Of a DNA stretch of 64,000 bases, positions 50,444-64,000 are shown piece after piece. Source of the stretch: Schmidtea polychroa. Lineage: Eukaryota. Positions within the stretch are counted from its first letter, which is position 1. The number at the start of each line of letters is the position of its first letter. The stretch covers positions 3,412,001 through 3,476,000 of the forward strand of contig CM097885.1 of assembly GCA_044892525.1 (NCBI GenBank), read 5' to 3'. A model generated the notes under the pieces. It saw only the letters and a program-made list of their open reading frames with translations, had not been told where the DNA came from and made no database searches. Position numbers and translations under genes: made by a program.

Positions 50444-50973
50444 AGTAGTAGGATGTGTCACCACTGGCACATTTCACCTCTGACACACTCCCCGCCGGGG
50501 GTAAAAAATTTTTTTTGAAGGTCAAATTTTAAACAAAGACATATGACTCATCAAGGTTATTGAAACGAAGACCATGACTCATCCAATGACTCATCGAGGT
50601 CATTGAAACAAAGACCATGACTCATTCAAGGTCATATTTTTAAGGTCAGGGTCATATTTTTAAAGGCCAAGGTCATATTTTTAAGGTCAATGTCATATTT
50701 TTTAGGTCAAGGTCATATTTTAAATGTCAAACCTTCACCAAAGGGTATCATTCGAAAGGCATTTGAGAGGTCTATCTAATGATCATACCCTTGAAGGTGA
50801 ATGGCGGGTCCTTGGCCTTCAAAGGGTAAAAAACCTTCGAATTTTTTCAAACTTTATAATATATATATCATTCAAAAGGTATTTGAGAGGTCTATCTAAT
50901 GGCTATACCCTCGAAGGTATATGGTGGGTCAATAACCTTCAAAGGGTGTCCAAAATTAAATATTTTTAAAACC

Positions 50974-51038
<65 letters not shown>

Positions 51039-51367
51039 TTCGAAAGGACTTTTGATGGTGAGTTCGAAGGTTGAAGAGTTCAAAGTTCGAAAATTTTAAA
51101 ACCTTATAATATATATATCAAACAAAAGGTATTTGAGATGTAAGTATCATGGTCATACTTTCAAAAGTCATATTTTACAAGATGGCGGCTATATGGTTTA
51201 ATTAAAGATTGTGTGTGTGTATTTTCTTAAAATTAATATTTTGAGAGTACCTTTGCTTGGATTTTATTGATCAAGTGGTCATTTTAAAGGTAATTCAAAG
51301 GGGATCAGTGTGCGCAAATGTTGTCTTAATTAGTTTTAATAAAGTAAAAATATTATTATTATAAGTA

Positions 51368-51428
<61 letters not shown>

Positions 51429-51430
51429 GA

Positions 51431-51484
<54 letters not shown>

Positions 51485-52450
51485 TATAGGTCTAATTACT
51501 TCATTTACAACATTCACAACTATTCATCGATGTCTTCAAACGATCCACAGGTTTGATGTTATAATTATTTAGTAATTTAATTATTTTAAATAAGGTACAA
51601 GAATTGTCTATTGATTGGGATCATTCTTTTTTAATAATAGATAAACTTCTAACAATAAATGATGAAGATTATATATTCCTGACCAAAATAAATAAATCTT
51701 TCAAATATCAAGTAATTCAAAATCTATTTGATAAGTTCGGCTTTAATATATCGATGTTGAAATTAACCAGCTATATAATATCTAAAATAATATTAACCAT
51801 ACAGAAATTAACATGCTTAAATTTTTCTGGATATGTATGGATTTCAGGTTCCGAAAATATCGCGAGCTTATTGAAATCTTCCTTCTTAATGCATATAAAC
51901 TTGGTATTGCAATACATAATTTACTGAATGAAGTCAGAAAACAGTTTATTACATGTTCTATATGTCGAATTCGAGAGGTTTTTATTCTATATCTGCCTTG
52001 TGGCCATATCATTATTTGTTCTTTATGTTTGAAAATCTGTAGTAGATGTCAGAGTTGTGGTGTCATAATCGATGAATCTCGTTCAATGTATTTTTTAAAT
52101 AAATGTTGTAAAACTCCTACTTATTATTATTATTATATAATTTCACCTTTCTATCACAAATCATTGTTAACTAAAAACATAGTTGATTATTATAAAATTT
52201 ATAACATAAAAATTCTACCATAAAAAGTTGACAAACAAAAATAACTAAATATTTACAAATTTTTTATTCGCCATCATATTTACAAATTTTTATTCAACAT
52301 CGTATTTACACAAATATATACATAATCACAATGTTAAATAATTGGCCCAAAATATAACTTTAAATTATTGAGTTGAATATTTGATTGAATTGTTGATCTC
52401 GAATGACAGGATCCGTTTCAGGCATGACGATATTACCACTACCATCTAAG
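50444..52450 (+). mobile_element. Left end of Polinton D
   Basis: AGTAGTAGG terminus, same AAGGTCA/TGACTCA/AACAAAGA architecture, then a RING gene. Confidence 0.65.
51530..52223 (+). pseudogene. IAP-type RING protein, predicted intron 51551-51594, frameshift ~51800
   Basis: CSIC...ILYLPCGH..CSLC....CQSC. Confidence 0.75.
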
Positions 52451-52451
52451 A

Positions 52452-53950
52452 CAGGGATGGCAATTACATGGCACGCGTGCCAAACTTGGCACGCAGACAA
52501 AAAACTTCTGGCACTCTAAGAAATTTAAAAAAAGAAGTAGAAAAAATTCTTATTATAAAATAATTACTGCTTTTTAAAAAAAAATTTGGACCCAAAATTT
52601 TAATCAACGGCTTTGAATTGAATTCTATATTTTTTTCTCTAGTTGGCTTTGCGTTATTAAATAACGCAATTAATTATTAAATTTAGTTTATTTTGGCACT
52701 TTGATAAAAACCTATTTGCCAAAATAACGGTTATTTTGTACATACGTATATGGTTGTGTTATAATTCTTGTATATTCTTACATCAGTTTTTAGTTTTGTT
52801 TTAACTTGTGCAGTTCAATAAAATTTGTGTTTAATTTTAAATAAAATTTATTTTTTGCTGAATTAAAATGGTACCAAAAAAACCAAAACTACAAGATATT
52901 CGTAGCTCTCTTGGACTGCTGATTACGGTTTTGTTAAACATGGAGATAAAAGTCGGTGCGGTCTGTGCTCTGAAATTATTGTATGTCGAACGTCTTCTAT
53001 TAAGCGACATTTTGAAACCAACCATAAAGAAATTGCCGAAAAAAATATTGAAGAAAGAAAAGAACTAATTTCTCAACGATTAAAGATAGCTGAAAATCAA
53101 TCGAATTCATTATCAAAATTTGTAAAAACCAACAGCAATGTTACAGAAGCTAGTTTTGAAATTTCTTATTTGATTGCTAAGCAATCAAAACCATTTTCTG
53201 ATGGAGAGTTTGTAAAAACGGTTATGTTAAAAGCGGCCGAAAGTTTGTTTCACGATTTTAATAATAAAGAAAAGATTATTCAAAGAATTCGAGAAGTCCA
53301 GCTAAGCCGAAATTCAGTTAAAGATAGAATTTTAAAAATAAGTGCGAATATTTCTGATCAACTTTACAACGATGTTAATAGCTGTGACTACATTTCAATT
53401 TGCCTCGATGAATCAACAGATATTAAGTTATCTGCCCGATTAGCAATCATTGCACGTTATCCGAAAGATAATGAAATGCACGAAGAACTTTTAAAATTAG
53501 CAAATATCCCAGAAAGAACAAGAGGTAGTGATATTTGTGAAGTTGTATTCAATGAATTAAACAAACTTAAAATAAATATTAAAAAAATCATTTCTGTAAC
53601 GACAGATGGAGCTCCTAATATGACTGGACCAGAGATAGGTTTTGTTAATTTATTTCAAAACCTAGTTGGTCATCCAATAATAGGCTTTCATTGCATTATT
53701 CATCAGCAAGTTCTTTGTGCAAAATTCGGAACTAGCGATTTCAAAGAAATATCAGAACAAGTTAATAAAATCATAAATTTTGTAGTTGCACGCGACATGC
53801 ATAAAAGACAATTTAAAAAACTTTTAAATGATATGGATTGCGAATACGATACTCTCTTAATGTGCAATAGTGTACTTTGGCTAAGTCGAGCGACATCCTT
53901 AGAACGATTTGTGAATTGCTTGGAAGAAATTTGACTTTTTTTACACGAAT
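52452..53950 (+). mobile_element. hAT (Buster/Charlie-type) DNA transposon, 3'-truncated, frameshifted transposase from 52868
   Basis: CAGGGATGGCAA terminus after ATCTAAGA (nnnTAnnn); BED finger, LDESTD, TTDGAP, HCIIH, WLSR. Confidence 0.9.
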
Positions 53951-54255
53951 TCGACAGGGATCGTTTTAAAGAATTTGTGTTAATTGTATATTGTAAAAAT
54001 AGGATTGAAATGTTGTATGATTATCAGAGTCTGAGAAAGTCTCAATTTACTTAGTTCTCAGTTACTATAGTAAAGTACCGTAAATAAATGGGCGGCCGCT
54101 GCTTAAGAGTATCAGAAACTTCTCTGTCCTTGAGCTACCCCTAAATATTGTTCAATTGTGTTCATATTTTGCCTGAATTTTTCTTTCATATATAGGAACA
54201 GAATGGGAGGGAAAGAAGGTAATATTTTGAAAGTTCAAAAATAAGCTCCACCCTT

Positions 54256-55525
54256 ACATGCTCGTATATCTCAAGTTGGATGTTTTTCTGTTGGCCGATG
54301 TTTTTGAAGCTTTCAGAGAAAAAACATTTGACGAAGATGGACTTGAGGCTCTATCGTTTGTTTCCATACCCGGATTAAGTTGGGCATCAGCTATTAAACA
54401 GTTACCTGAACCGATAGAACTTATTCAAGATCCAGAGTTTTACCGTCTATTTGAAGCTCGTATTCGTGGTGGAATGACATTTATCAACAAACACCATGTT
54501 GAAGCTGATGAATCAACACAAATGTCATACCTAGATATTAATAATTTATATGGATGGACGCTTTCGCAAAATCTTCCCATTGGTGAATTTAGATGGATAA
54601 ATGATCAGACTGAAATGAATGGTATTGTTGAAAGATGTGCAAATGGGGATGAGTTTGATGGAGATCGTGGATATGTTCTAGAGGTTGACATCATCCTATA
54701 GCTCCTGAAGTTTGTTATCCACCTGGTAGAAAAGTTGAAAGCTGTTGTTAACTCATGAGCCTATGAAAGACTATGTAGTTAATGATAGAGTTTTGACATA
54801 GTGGTTGAGTTACGACACAAAAGTTAATCGTGCTGTAGAATTCAAGCAAGTGGCTATTTTCAAAGGATATATTGATTACAATATCAAAATGAGAGCAGCC
54901 AGTACGGATTCATTTCAGTGAGATTATTATAAGTTAAAGAACAACAGTTTATACGGTAAAACTGTGGAAAACTTGAAGAAACATATAAATTTGAGATTAT
55001 GCAACCAAAGCAAAGATTGATAACTTATCATCCTATGTTTCATCGTAGCATCAAGATTCAATATAAAGAACTACAGTTAGAGAGAAGATTTCAATTGTCA
55101 AATTAATATCATAGCTGGTGACACAGATTCCTTTTTTTAAGAGTGTAAAAATGTAGATTTACGCTTACAAATATATCCAAAAATAATTGACGATGAGCTA
55201 CTAGATACTTCAAATTATCCAGTGACCGATCCGTTGTTCTCTGATAAAATTTGTTCAGTAATTGGTAAGTTTAAGGATGAGAAAAAAGGAAATCAATATA
55301 AAGAATGGGTGTTCCTTCGACTCAAGTGCTACTCGCTTCAAAGCGATAAAGAAACTCTAAAAGCCAAAGGAATAAGTCTTACAAATTCTAATATCACCCA
55401 TGAAGCCTATAAAAAAGTGTATACTGATGGTGGAATAGTCAGCATCCCACAAAAAAGAATAGGAAGTGTCAATCAACAATTGTATACTTTCATGACAGAA
55501 AAAAGAGCTCTCCAATGTTTGGACT
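54256..55525 (+). pseudogene. Degraded Polinton pPolB (close paralogue of 569-1449)
   Basis: Near identity to 1073-1449; KLKNNSLYGKT, AGDTDS, GKFKDE. Confidence 0.9.
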
Positions 55526-55559
55526 CTTCACTACCCGAGTCATGACCTCCCATTCACCC

Positions 55560-55825
55560 TGACAACAGATGCATCAAATATGTCCTTCAAATATGCAGCG
55601 CAGTCCTTCATCATATTAAAGACAATGTTTTACTCCCAATAGAATTTTTCTCTAGAATATTTTCATTGGCAGAGTCAAGGTACAGTGCATTCAAGCTGTT
55701 AAGCATTTTGGACACATTTTAGAAGGTAGACAATTCACAGTGGTTTGAGGCCTTTCCTGTCCGTGACATCACCGCTCACACGGTCGCACAAAATTTAGTA
55801 TCCACCTGGTTTTCACGGTATGGAA
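55560..55825 (+). pseudogene. Ty3/Gypsy RNase H and integrase remnants
   Basis: TDAS..AVL...[43 protein letters not shown]. Confidence 0.75.
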
Positions 55826-57646
55826 ATAATTATTATTTTCAATAAATATTTTCAATAAATATTTTACAAACATAAAATTATAATATTTGAAATTCTAAAT
55901 ATCTCGATTTACATTTTTGCAATTAATTTTAAAAATACAAAAATTTTACACAATTTTCAAATTGAATATTAAATATTTTTATAAATTTTGCATTTGATAT
56001 TTTTTATTCTTAATAAGATTTGCCCATGAGAAAATTCAGATTTGTTTAAATGCAAAACTTTAAATTTTAATTCTATAGAAAAAATTATTTTTCAAAACCC
56101 CTAAAAGCACTAGGACAAACAGAAAGGTAGTGAGTGAATTTCCTAATGAATTACAGAAGGGTATAGCCAAGGTTCCAGTTCTCTATTCTCAATTTATCAT
56201 CAATCAGAAGCAACAATTGACAAAGTTTATCTTATTCACAAATCATTTATTTTACAAAAGAAAATTATAAATAAATATCAGAAAAACATATAAAAAATCC
56301 GCAAATTTATATATAAAATTACATAAAAATTGTTAATAAATTGTTAAAGTTTTAATAAAATATTTCGAATAGTAAATATTTCCCTTGGTAAAATTCTGAA
56401 TGTGAAATAAATATTAAAATTTATATTAAAATTTAAAACTCTAAAAAATTTATTAATAAAACTAAACATTTCCAAATTTCAAATTTTATTTATAAATTTT
56501 ATTTTTAATTTGTTTTATTAATCAATTAATTACAAAATAATCTTAATGAAGCATTTTAAGTAATATTTAATTTTTAACTTATTTTTTAAAATTTTATTTA
56601 AATAGGTTTTTGTAGTTGCTGATGATTTCGAGTTATTTATGCAGTTAGATTCGGTTTACGGTAGGTTTCTTCGCAGGGATAATACAAATTACCTTTTATC
56701 TTGACTGCATTGTTGGAGATGCCACTCTCCTATCGCATTCAGCTATTCATTATATCCTTAAGGTTCTTGATTTCGCTTCCGGATAATCGTTCTTCCTAAT
56801 TCTTTTTTCGCCGCTTTTTTGACTACTTCAGGACGTTTTCTGTGTTCTCTTTTCAGGAACATATCCTCCATTATTTTATCTCAGCTTAAGTGAGAACTTG
56901 TCCAAGAATGCATTCCGTTCTATGTTTTTGGTTATTCTTTTCGAACCTCACCAGGGTCCTTAGAAATTTCAGTTTCTGCTCGCGACTTTATCATTTCTCG
57001 CATCTTGATTCATAGGTACCCCTAATACTGAAACCTCGCTTTGTCCTGTAGGTACCACTATTTCTCCCAACGGTTTATGTTCCCAAGTTTCCTCAATTTG
57101 TTATGTAGGTAAAATGTATTTCGGTTATTTTTTCCAATCCAACTACTTCATAATGCTCTAATCCCCTCATCGAAAAATGTGTCAATTAAGGGTTTTCCAT
57201 TATTAGATATATTATTAATTTTTATTTTACCATTCGTAATGCATTCGTATAATTTCCTCTATATTGATTCCTGTTGATTTCTTGATTCTATAAGCTAATA
57301 ATTCAGGAGCACAATATGAAAGTCTATTCTTTATTTTTGGAACATTTCTTCCATCTTGATTAAAATCTTGATATATAATTAAAATATTTTATAAATATCA
57401 TAAAAAACATCGAAGTGTAGTACTAGCAGATCTTGGTAGATTTTTCATTATTAATATTGGATTTCTGACGGATCCAAGTTTATATTGAAGTAGTCCGAGC
57501 AGGTATCGTTTAGGAGAGGCTTTCTGACTGAGCTGTTCCAGCCTCTGTCTGATAAGTTAAATGCTGTTAGTTTGAAAGTTTTTAGTTAGGTTTTTCTGAG
57601 TAGAAAGACTCCATTTTGGACTTTTATAACGTTTAATAGTTTATAT

Positions 57647-60394
57647 GATTACCAGTCACTTAATCCCCAGTCACTTAATCCCCGTCCATTAATCCCCGTC
57701 CATTAATCCCCGTCCATTAATCCCAGTCCATTAATCCCAGTCCATTAATCCCCGTCCATTAATCCCCGTCCATTAATCCCCGTCCATTAATCCCCGTCCA
57801 TTAATCCCCGTCCATTAATCCCCGTCCATTAATCCCCGTCCATTAATCCCCGTCCATTAATCCCCGTCCATTAATCCCCGTCCATTAATCCCCGTCCATT
57901 AATCCCCGTCCATTAATCCCCGTCCATTAATCCCCGTCCATTAATCCCCGTCCATTAATCCCCGTCCATTAATCCCCGTCCATTAATCCCCGTCCATTAA
58001 TCCCCGTCCATTAATCCCCGTCCATTAATCCCCGTCCATTAATCCCCGTCCATTAATCCCCGTCCATTAATCCCCGTCCATTAATCCCCGTCCATTAATC
58101 CCCGTCCATTAATCCCCGTCCATTAATCCCCGTCCATTAATCCCCGTCCATTAATCCCCGTCCATTAATCCCCGTCCATTAATCCCCGAGTCACTTAATC
58201 CCCGAGTCACTTAATCCCCGACACTTAATCCCAAAAATGCCATTTTAAGTTTAAAATTATGAAAGAATTTAATTCAAACAATTATTTTTATAATTATTTA
58301 GTAATTGTTTTATATGAACACGGCAATCATATCAAATTCAAAAAGCTAATAATTCACTATTCATGTATTCATTTTAAGTGTGAAAATCAATATGACAGGT
58401 AAGCTAATGATCAGAGGTACAATAGACGATCCATTGACTCATAGCGCTGTACAATGTTGTAAATTCTCCTAGATAATTCAGCGTACTTCCTCCTTGGACG
58501 TTGCTCTGTGCCGGCGCATGACTGAAGAACCGATGCCTTGTGTAGCTGACAATCCTTACGTAGACCATCGAGGAATGTCCACATTGTTGGATGATGACAC
58601 GAGAAGAGAGACTGTAGGGCGTGATGCCAACCCTCCACAGCATTGTTTGTTCGTGCAACACCGCCGATGACATCCAGGTATTTATTCCAAGTTTCTGGAG
58701 GAAATAACGCTGAAGCATAGTTATCTCCTCTACCGCGCAGTCTGCGACCACGTACATACGTTTGCTCGAAGTATGCTAGCAGTTCTGGCATGCGATCATG
58801 CTGCGGCATTGACTCTGCAAGCAATTCAAAAGAATCAACAATGTCTTCTTCACGAACATAGGCCAATGCTGGGAGGCATCTGACCATTCCACGTAACTCG
58901 TTGTTTTCGTCATAATCACTTCTCATACCCAATTCGGCGACTTTGCGTAATACCGCTTGACTTAAGTGAAAATAACATCCCGTTACTCTACATGACGGAA
59001 AATTCTCTTGAAAAGCGGTCATTGCAGCTTTCTCAAAGTCTGTTAATATAATATCTGGAGCTGCATTAGGTATTAGTTCTCTGACAACATTCAACAATCT
59101 ATTATAGGTTGCACTTGATTTGTCCTGAAGCAGGCAGTAAAGCACCGGTGGAATCACTCCTTGCGCAAATTGACCATTCCACGTAACTCGTCGTTTTCGT
59201 CATAATCACTTCTCATACCCAATTCGGCGACTTTGCGTAATACCGCTTGACTTAAGTGAAAATAACATCCCGTTACTCTACATGACGGAAAATTCTCTTG
59301 AAAAGCGGTCTGTTAATATAATATCTGGAGCTGCATTAGGTATTAGTTCTCTGACAACATTCAACAATCTATTATAGGTTGCTCTTGATTTGTCCTGAAG
59401 CAGGCAGTAAAGCACCGGTGGAATCACTCCTTGCGCAAATTGGAAATGGATTGTGTAGAGTTGATAGAATAAACTGGGGACAACTTTGAAAGTGCCGTCG
59501 GCGAACCAACATTTGCTGCTTCCGAGCCAGTCTAGCAATTGCCTGTCACCGAAAACTAGAAAGCGACTATCGTTGCTTGTTTCCATGGAGTCGTGTAATA
59601 GGAACTCCTTGTATAATGCTGGTACTTCAAACATTGCATCAACAGGAAGAGGTGGTAGAGCTCCCCCCACATCTTGGTTTCTGAGTCACGATGTCGATTC
59701 AGAGTCCTGTTTATAATACTTTTACTTGGTAGAGCCATTTGAACAGATGGAGGTAAATCGACGTTTACCGCAGCTTGACAAGCCCTCGCCGTTGTTGTTG
59801 CTTCAGTCATCTTCTGCTTCATTTTTCCCACCGCATTCTTTGCCATCGCCTTCTCTCTGTTACATTCATGATTGTGAGTAGATAACTGCTTGATTATTTT
59901 ACCGCTGTCTGTCACTAATGTTACCGGACACTTTAGCGATTGATGCTTGGTACATCTCCAATTCATGTTTCCGTTTAGCGCCTTCTTCTTGAGCCAGAAT
60001 TCATATCCCTCATGAACTAGCATAGATCTTCCTTTACTACTTATTATGAACTCTAGATGCATTTTTCTAACGGTAATAATATTTCAAAATAATATTTTCA
60101 ATAATATTTCAATAACGGTAATAATATTACAAAAATATTCGTACTAACTGAAATTGACAGCACTACATTACACAATGCTTTATAAAGGAATTTATAAAGG
60201 GGATTAAGTGACTCGGGGATTAAGTGACTCGGGGATTAAGTGACTCGGGGATTAAGTGACTCGGGGATTAAGTGACTCGGGGATTAAGTGACTCGGGGAT
60301 TAAGTGACTCGGGGATTAAGTGACTCGGGGATTAAGTGACTCGGGGATTAAGTGACTGGGGATTAAGTGACTGGGGATTAAGTGACCTGTCACC
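57647..60394 (-). mobile_element. MULE/Mutator transposon with tandem-repeat TIRs; FLYWCH + DDE transposase (58400-60062) disrupted by a frameshift and an internal duplication
   Basis: G...GTCACTTAATCCCC inverted ends; WRC..C..H.H, ADGTFK, TDFEKA, CYFH, RTNNAVEGWH. Confidence 0.92.
57655..58232 (+). repeat. 13-bp tandem array (TTAATCCCCGTCC A-type unit) of the MULE terminus; inverted 14-bp array at 60199-60386
   Basis: About 40 visible tandem copies. Confidence 0.95.
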
Positions 60395-61899
60395 TATTAT
60401 ATACTAATAATATAATCAAAGAATTTAAGATAGGAGGGAGATATATAGTATAGATAAAAAAATGAAACCGTCAATGAGCAGGACCCACACAAGGATCCTT
60501 ACATTTACCCATTGATAGATGTGAAAGATGGTGAGCCTTAATGCCGCCTTTTCTTCTTCTTTTTACTGTGTTTCTTTTTTTGGTTTCTTGTTGTGTCATT
60601 GGTCAGTTCATCGCAGTTTTCGTCTTTGCGTACTTGCATATACTCATGCATGGCTTGGAGAATTTGTGGGTCAGTTAGGATACGATTGTGTAACCTTTCC
60701 AAGAGTTCAAATTTATAGATTCTGCAATAGTTGGAAAGTCATCATAGTAGGATTTTTCAGTAGCTGGTATAGGCGTATTTATTAACCTGGTGATATTGGC
60801 ATTCGTATCAGTGTAGGGTTTTCTTTATTTAAATCGGAGGTAATCATTTGGGAGATTGGCAAATTATTCGAGTTAATGAGCAAAGATAGGTGGAAAATAG
60901 TCTGGATAGGTGGAGATGATCGAATTTATAAGTTTATTGATATTGGCGTTCATTTCATTGTTTGGATTTGATCTATATTGATTCCTGTTAATTTAATCAT
61001 CCACGGGGCCTGGTTCGTTCGGTTATACTTACTTTTTCTCTTTTTGAGTTTTACTTTTTATCTTCCGTAAGAATGATCCTATCCAGTTGATCCACGTGCC
61101 AAATGCTATGACGCTCGCTTCGAGGGAATTTCCTTAGTATAGTCATGATGCCTGGAGATGGACGTGGGGCTTGTGGGTTCTCCATCGCCTGCTCCAAGCC
61201 CATCCCCTTCATCTTGTCTTCTAAACTGCTTTGTATTTATTACTATCTAGATGTTTGCGAATAGATTCCTTTGAACGTTTGAAGGCTGAACATCCAAGGT
61301 GAAGTATTTCTAGAAGATGAGATTATGTTCTATAGGGGTTTTCAATGTGAAGTAATTTGTAAATGTAAAAAAATGTAAATATGGATAGATTTATTACGTT
61401 TTGATTTTAGAAATTTCTAAATCCCGAACATAAGTCTTTTAGTGTTTCACCATTTTATCTGGTTCATCTTCTTCATAATTATATAATTCATTTTCTTCAG
61501 TACTAAGTAAAATAATTAAAATATTATAGTAAATTCTTTATTTACTTACTTTATGGATACTAAAACGAAAGAAATAAAGTTATATCAAAAGTATATTTAA
61601 ACAATTTAGTTATTTAAGCATATTTAAACATTAATAATTATTATATAGTATAATTTTATATAATATTATAATATTATGTATTGTAAATTTATTATATCCT
61701 TCATTTAAATTTTAAAATTCAAAAATTTATAATGATTCTTTGAATTAAAAAATATTCTGTAGTAATAAATACACACACACAGTGTCTAAAAATACAAGTA
61801 AAAAATTGTTCACAAAGGTACTTTTATTCAAGACAATAAAATCAATACATTTATCATATAATTTAATCACCTCATCGTAAATAATCATGTCCGAAATAA

Positions 61900-62773
61900 T
61901 TATCATCTGCTAGATCATGAAAATCATCTGGATCATCTGCTGAGATAGCTTTCGTTGAATCTATAAATATATCGGTGTCACCGCCCCTATAATGGCCATA
62001 TTCCAAACTTTGATTTTTATCCACCCAATTTTGCTTACATGTCAAGGCTCTTTTATTATTTTTAATACTAAAAGTTGGTGATTTTTTGACGTTATTCTAA
62101 ACTGAGGGACTGTGTATATTTTATCGTTTAAATAACAATCTAGATACGACTGATGTGTTAGTCCAGTATCTTACATACTAATCCCCTTAGCCTTCATACT
62201 TTCCTCATCACCCATCAAACTGTAACATTTAGGTCTCAAGAACACCCAATCTTTATATAATCACCCTTTATTATCGTCTTTGAATTTACCAATGACAAAA
62301 TCAAGGTTCGTACTATATAAAGGATGATTTGGATCATAATTCGAAGTATCTAATAATTGATCTCTAATCATCGCAGGTAAAAGAATGTCAAGACTACAAT
62401 GTTTAATTTCCAAGAAGAAGGAATCTGTGTCCCCAGCAACGATATTAATTTCGCAGTTGAATTCGTCGCGATATTTTTGCAACTCTTCATACTGCAGCTG
62501 GTTCATCCTGAGATTGGATAAATCTAGTACAGTTTGACCAATGTAACTAGGTCTATTCAAACACACTATGTCCTTCCTCAATAAAACCGAAATCAAGTCA
62601 TCATCGATTTTCGTGGATTTACGAAAAGTTGGTTTCGAACAGTATGTTAATAATCTCTGTGAAGAATTACACAGACGTAAATTAATACGTTTTTTAAGAT
62701 TTTCAACAGTCTTGCCGTAAAGACTGTTGTTTAATAATTTATAAAAATTTTTATCTAGTTTATTTGTCGACAT
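61900..62773 (-). pseudogene. Polinton pPolB C-terminal fragment
   Basis: KLLNNSLYGKT, AGDTDS, GKFKD, LRPKCY, KAKG. Confidence 0.9.
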
Positions 62774-62778
62774 AAATC

Positions 62779-63273
62779 ATGTTTTCAAAAACAAGGATAT
62801 CGAGTAAAAAACAACCAAAAGTTCCACCAACAACTAATTATACTCCATCTAAAGAACTTATTACAGAAAACTTTCCTGCAATGAATCTTATTTCGAAAAA
62901 TCCTAAACCTAAACCTAAAAGTAAAACCACTAAGAAAGTAAAACTTGTTAAAAATCATCGGAGTTTCCCGTTTTTCAATACATTGTTAAAGGCACCCAGT
63001 ATGAAAAGAAACAGTATTTTGCAATCATTTCCAAATTATGTTGTCGATGATTTACTCGATATTATACTTAAAGTAGTCAAAGGCAAGATTAAAATCAGTA
63101 AATCTAAAAAGCAATTATTGAGTAAACATAGGAAACCTTTGCTATCATTAGTAAATAATAAAAATCGTCAACAAATGAGAAAAATTATATATAAACAACA
63201 AGGGGGATTTATCGGTGCATTGATACATTTAGCAATATCATTATTAGGTGGAATAATAGGAAGTCGATCATAA
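62779..63273 (+). CDS. Basic Polinton core protein ending in QQGG|F amphipathic tail
   Basis: Lys-rich; L.KH...L..L....R.....QQGGFIGAL motif. Confidence 0.7.
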   Translation: MFSKTRISSKKQPKVPPTTNYTPSKELITENFPAMNLISKNPKPKPKSKTTKKVKLVKNHRSFPFFNTLLKAPSMKRNSILQSFPNYVVDDLLDIILKVVKGKIKISKSKKQLLSKHRKPLLSLVNNKNRQQMRKIIYKQQGGFIGALIHLAISLLGGIIGSRS

Positions 63274-63276
63274 ACA

Positions 63277-63334
63277 ATGGGTGCTAATCCTTCATTACCA
63301 GACATTAAATTTAATATTAAATCTTCTTGTTGTA

Positions 63335-63360
<26 letters not shown>
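63277..63360 (+). CDS. Putative myristoylated micropeptide (27 aa)
   Basis: MGANPS...SSCC; packed between the core gene and the integrase. Confidence 0.4.

Positions 63361-64000
<640 letters not shown>

Noticed and set aside
54256..55525. Other half of the pPolB interrupted at 1449
   Set aside because: It overlaps 1073-1449 and is uninterrupted at the insertion point, so it is a paralogue.
56600..57640. Possible degraded retroelement coding sequence (also 60400-61400)
   Set aside because: Coding-like composition, but no motif I can identify confidently.
57655..58232. CRISPR or telomere-like array
   Set aside because: No spacers; it is the subterminal repeat of a MULE, with an inverted counterpart at ~60200.

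Overview
Very AT-rich eukaryotic DNA with (ATT)n/(TA)n microsatellites and ~40-50 bp introns; it looks planarian-like (inference), and I recognise no host gene. The window is a nest of Polintons/Mavericks (adintoviruses). A full-length 15.1 kb Polinton A (14589-29669; AGTAGT termini, ~1 kb TIRs, perfect TATATC TSD) carries MCP, PLA2-integrase, ATPase, a pX-like core protein, protease, penton, a fibre-like protein and pPolB, several with nonsense or frameshift lesions. It sits inside an intron-containing Polinton B (left end 1450) that encodes a TBP-like protein, and B itself interrupts the pPolB of an older Polinton. Polinton A has four distinct ~73-nt tRNA-like Pol III cassettes (A box, B box, mostly oligo-T ends), reminiscent of adenoviral VA RNAs. 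A NeSL/Utopia-type RLE LINE (Ulp1-RT-CCHC-RLE) is inserted exactly in the A box of one cassette and is flanked by a ~2.95 kb duplication. The rest holds further Polinton ends and fragments (RING genes, an intron-containing integrase), plus hAT, MULE, R2-like and Gypsy remnants. All calls come from reading the sequence; no searches were run.
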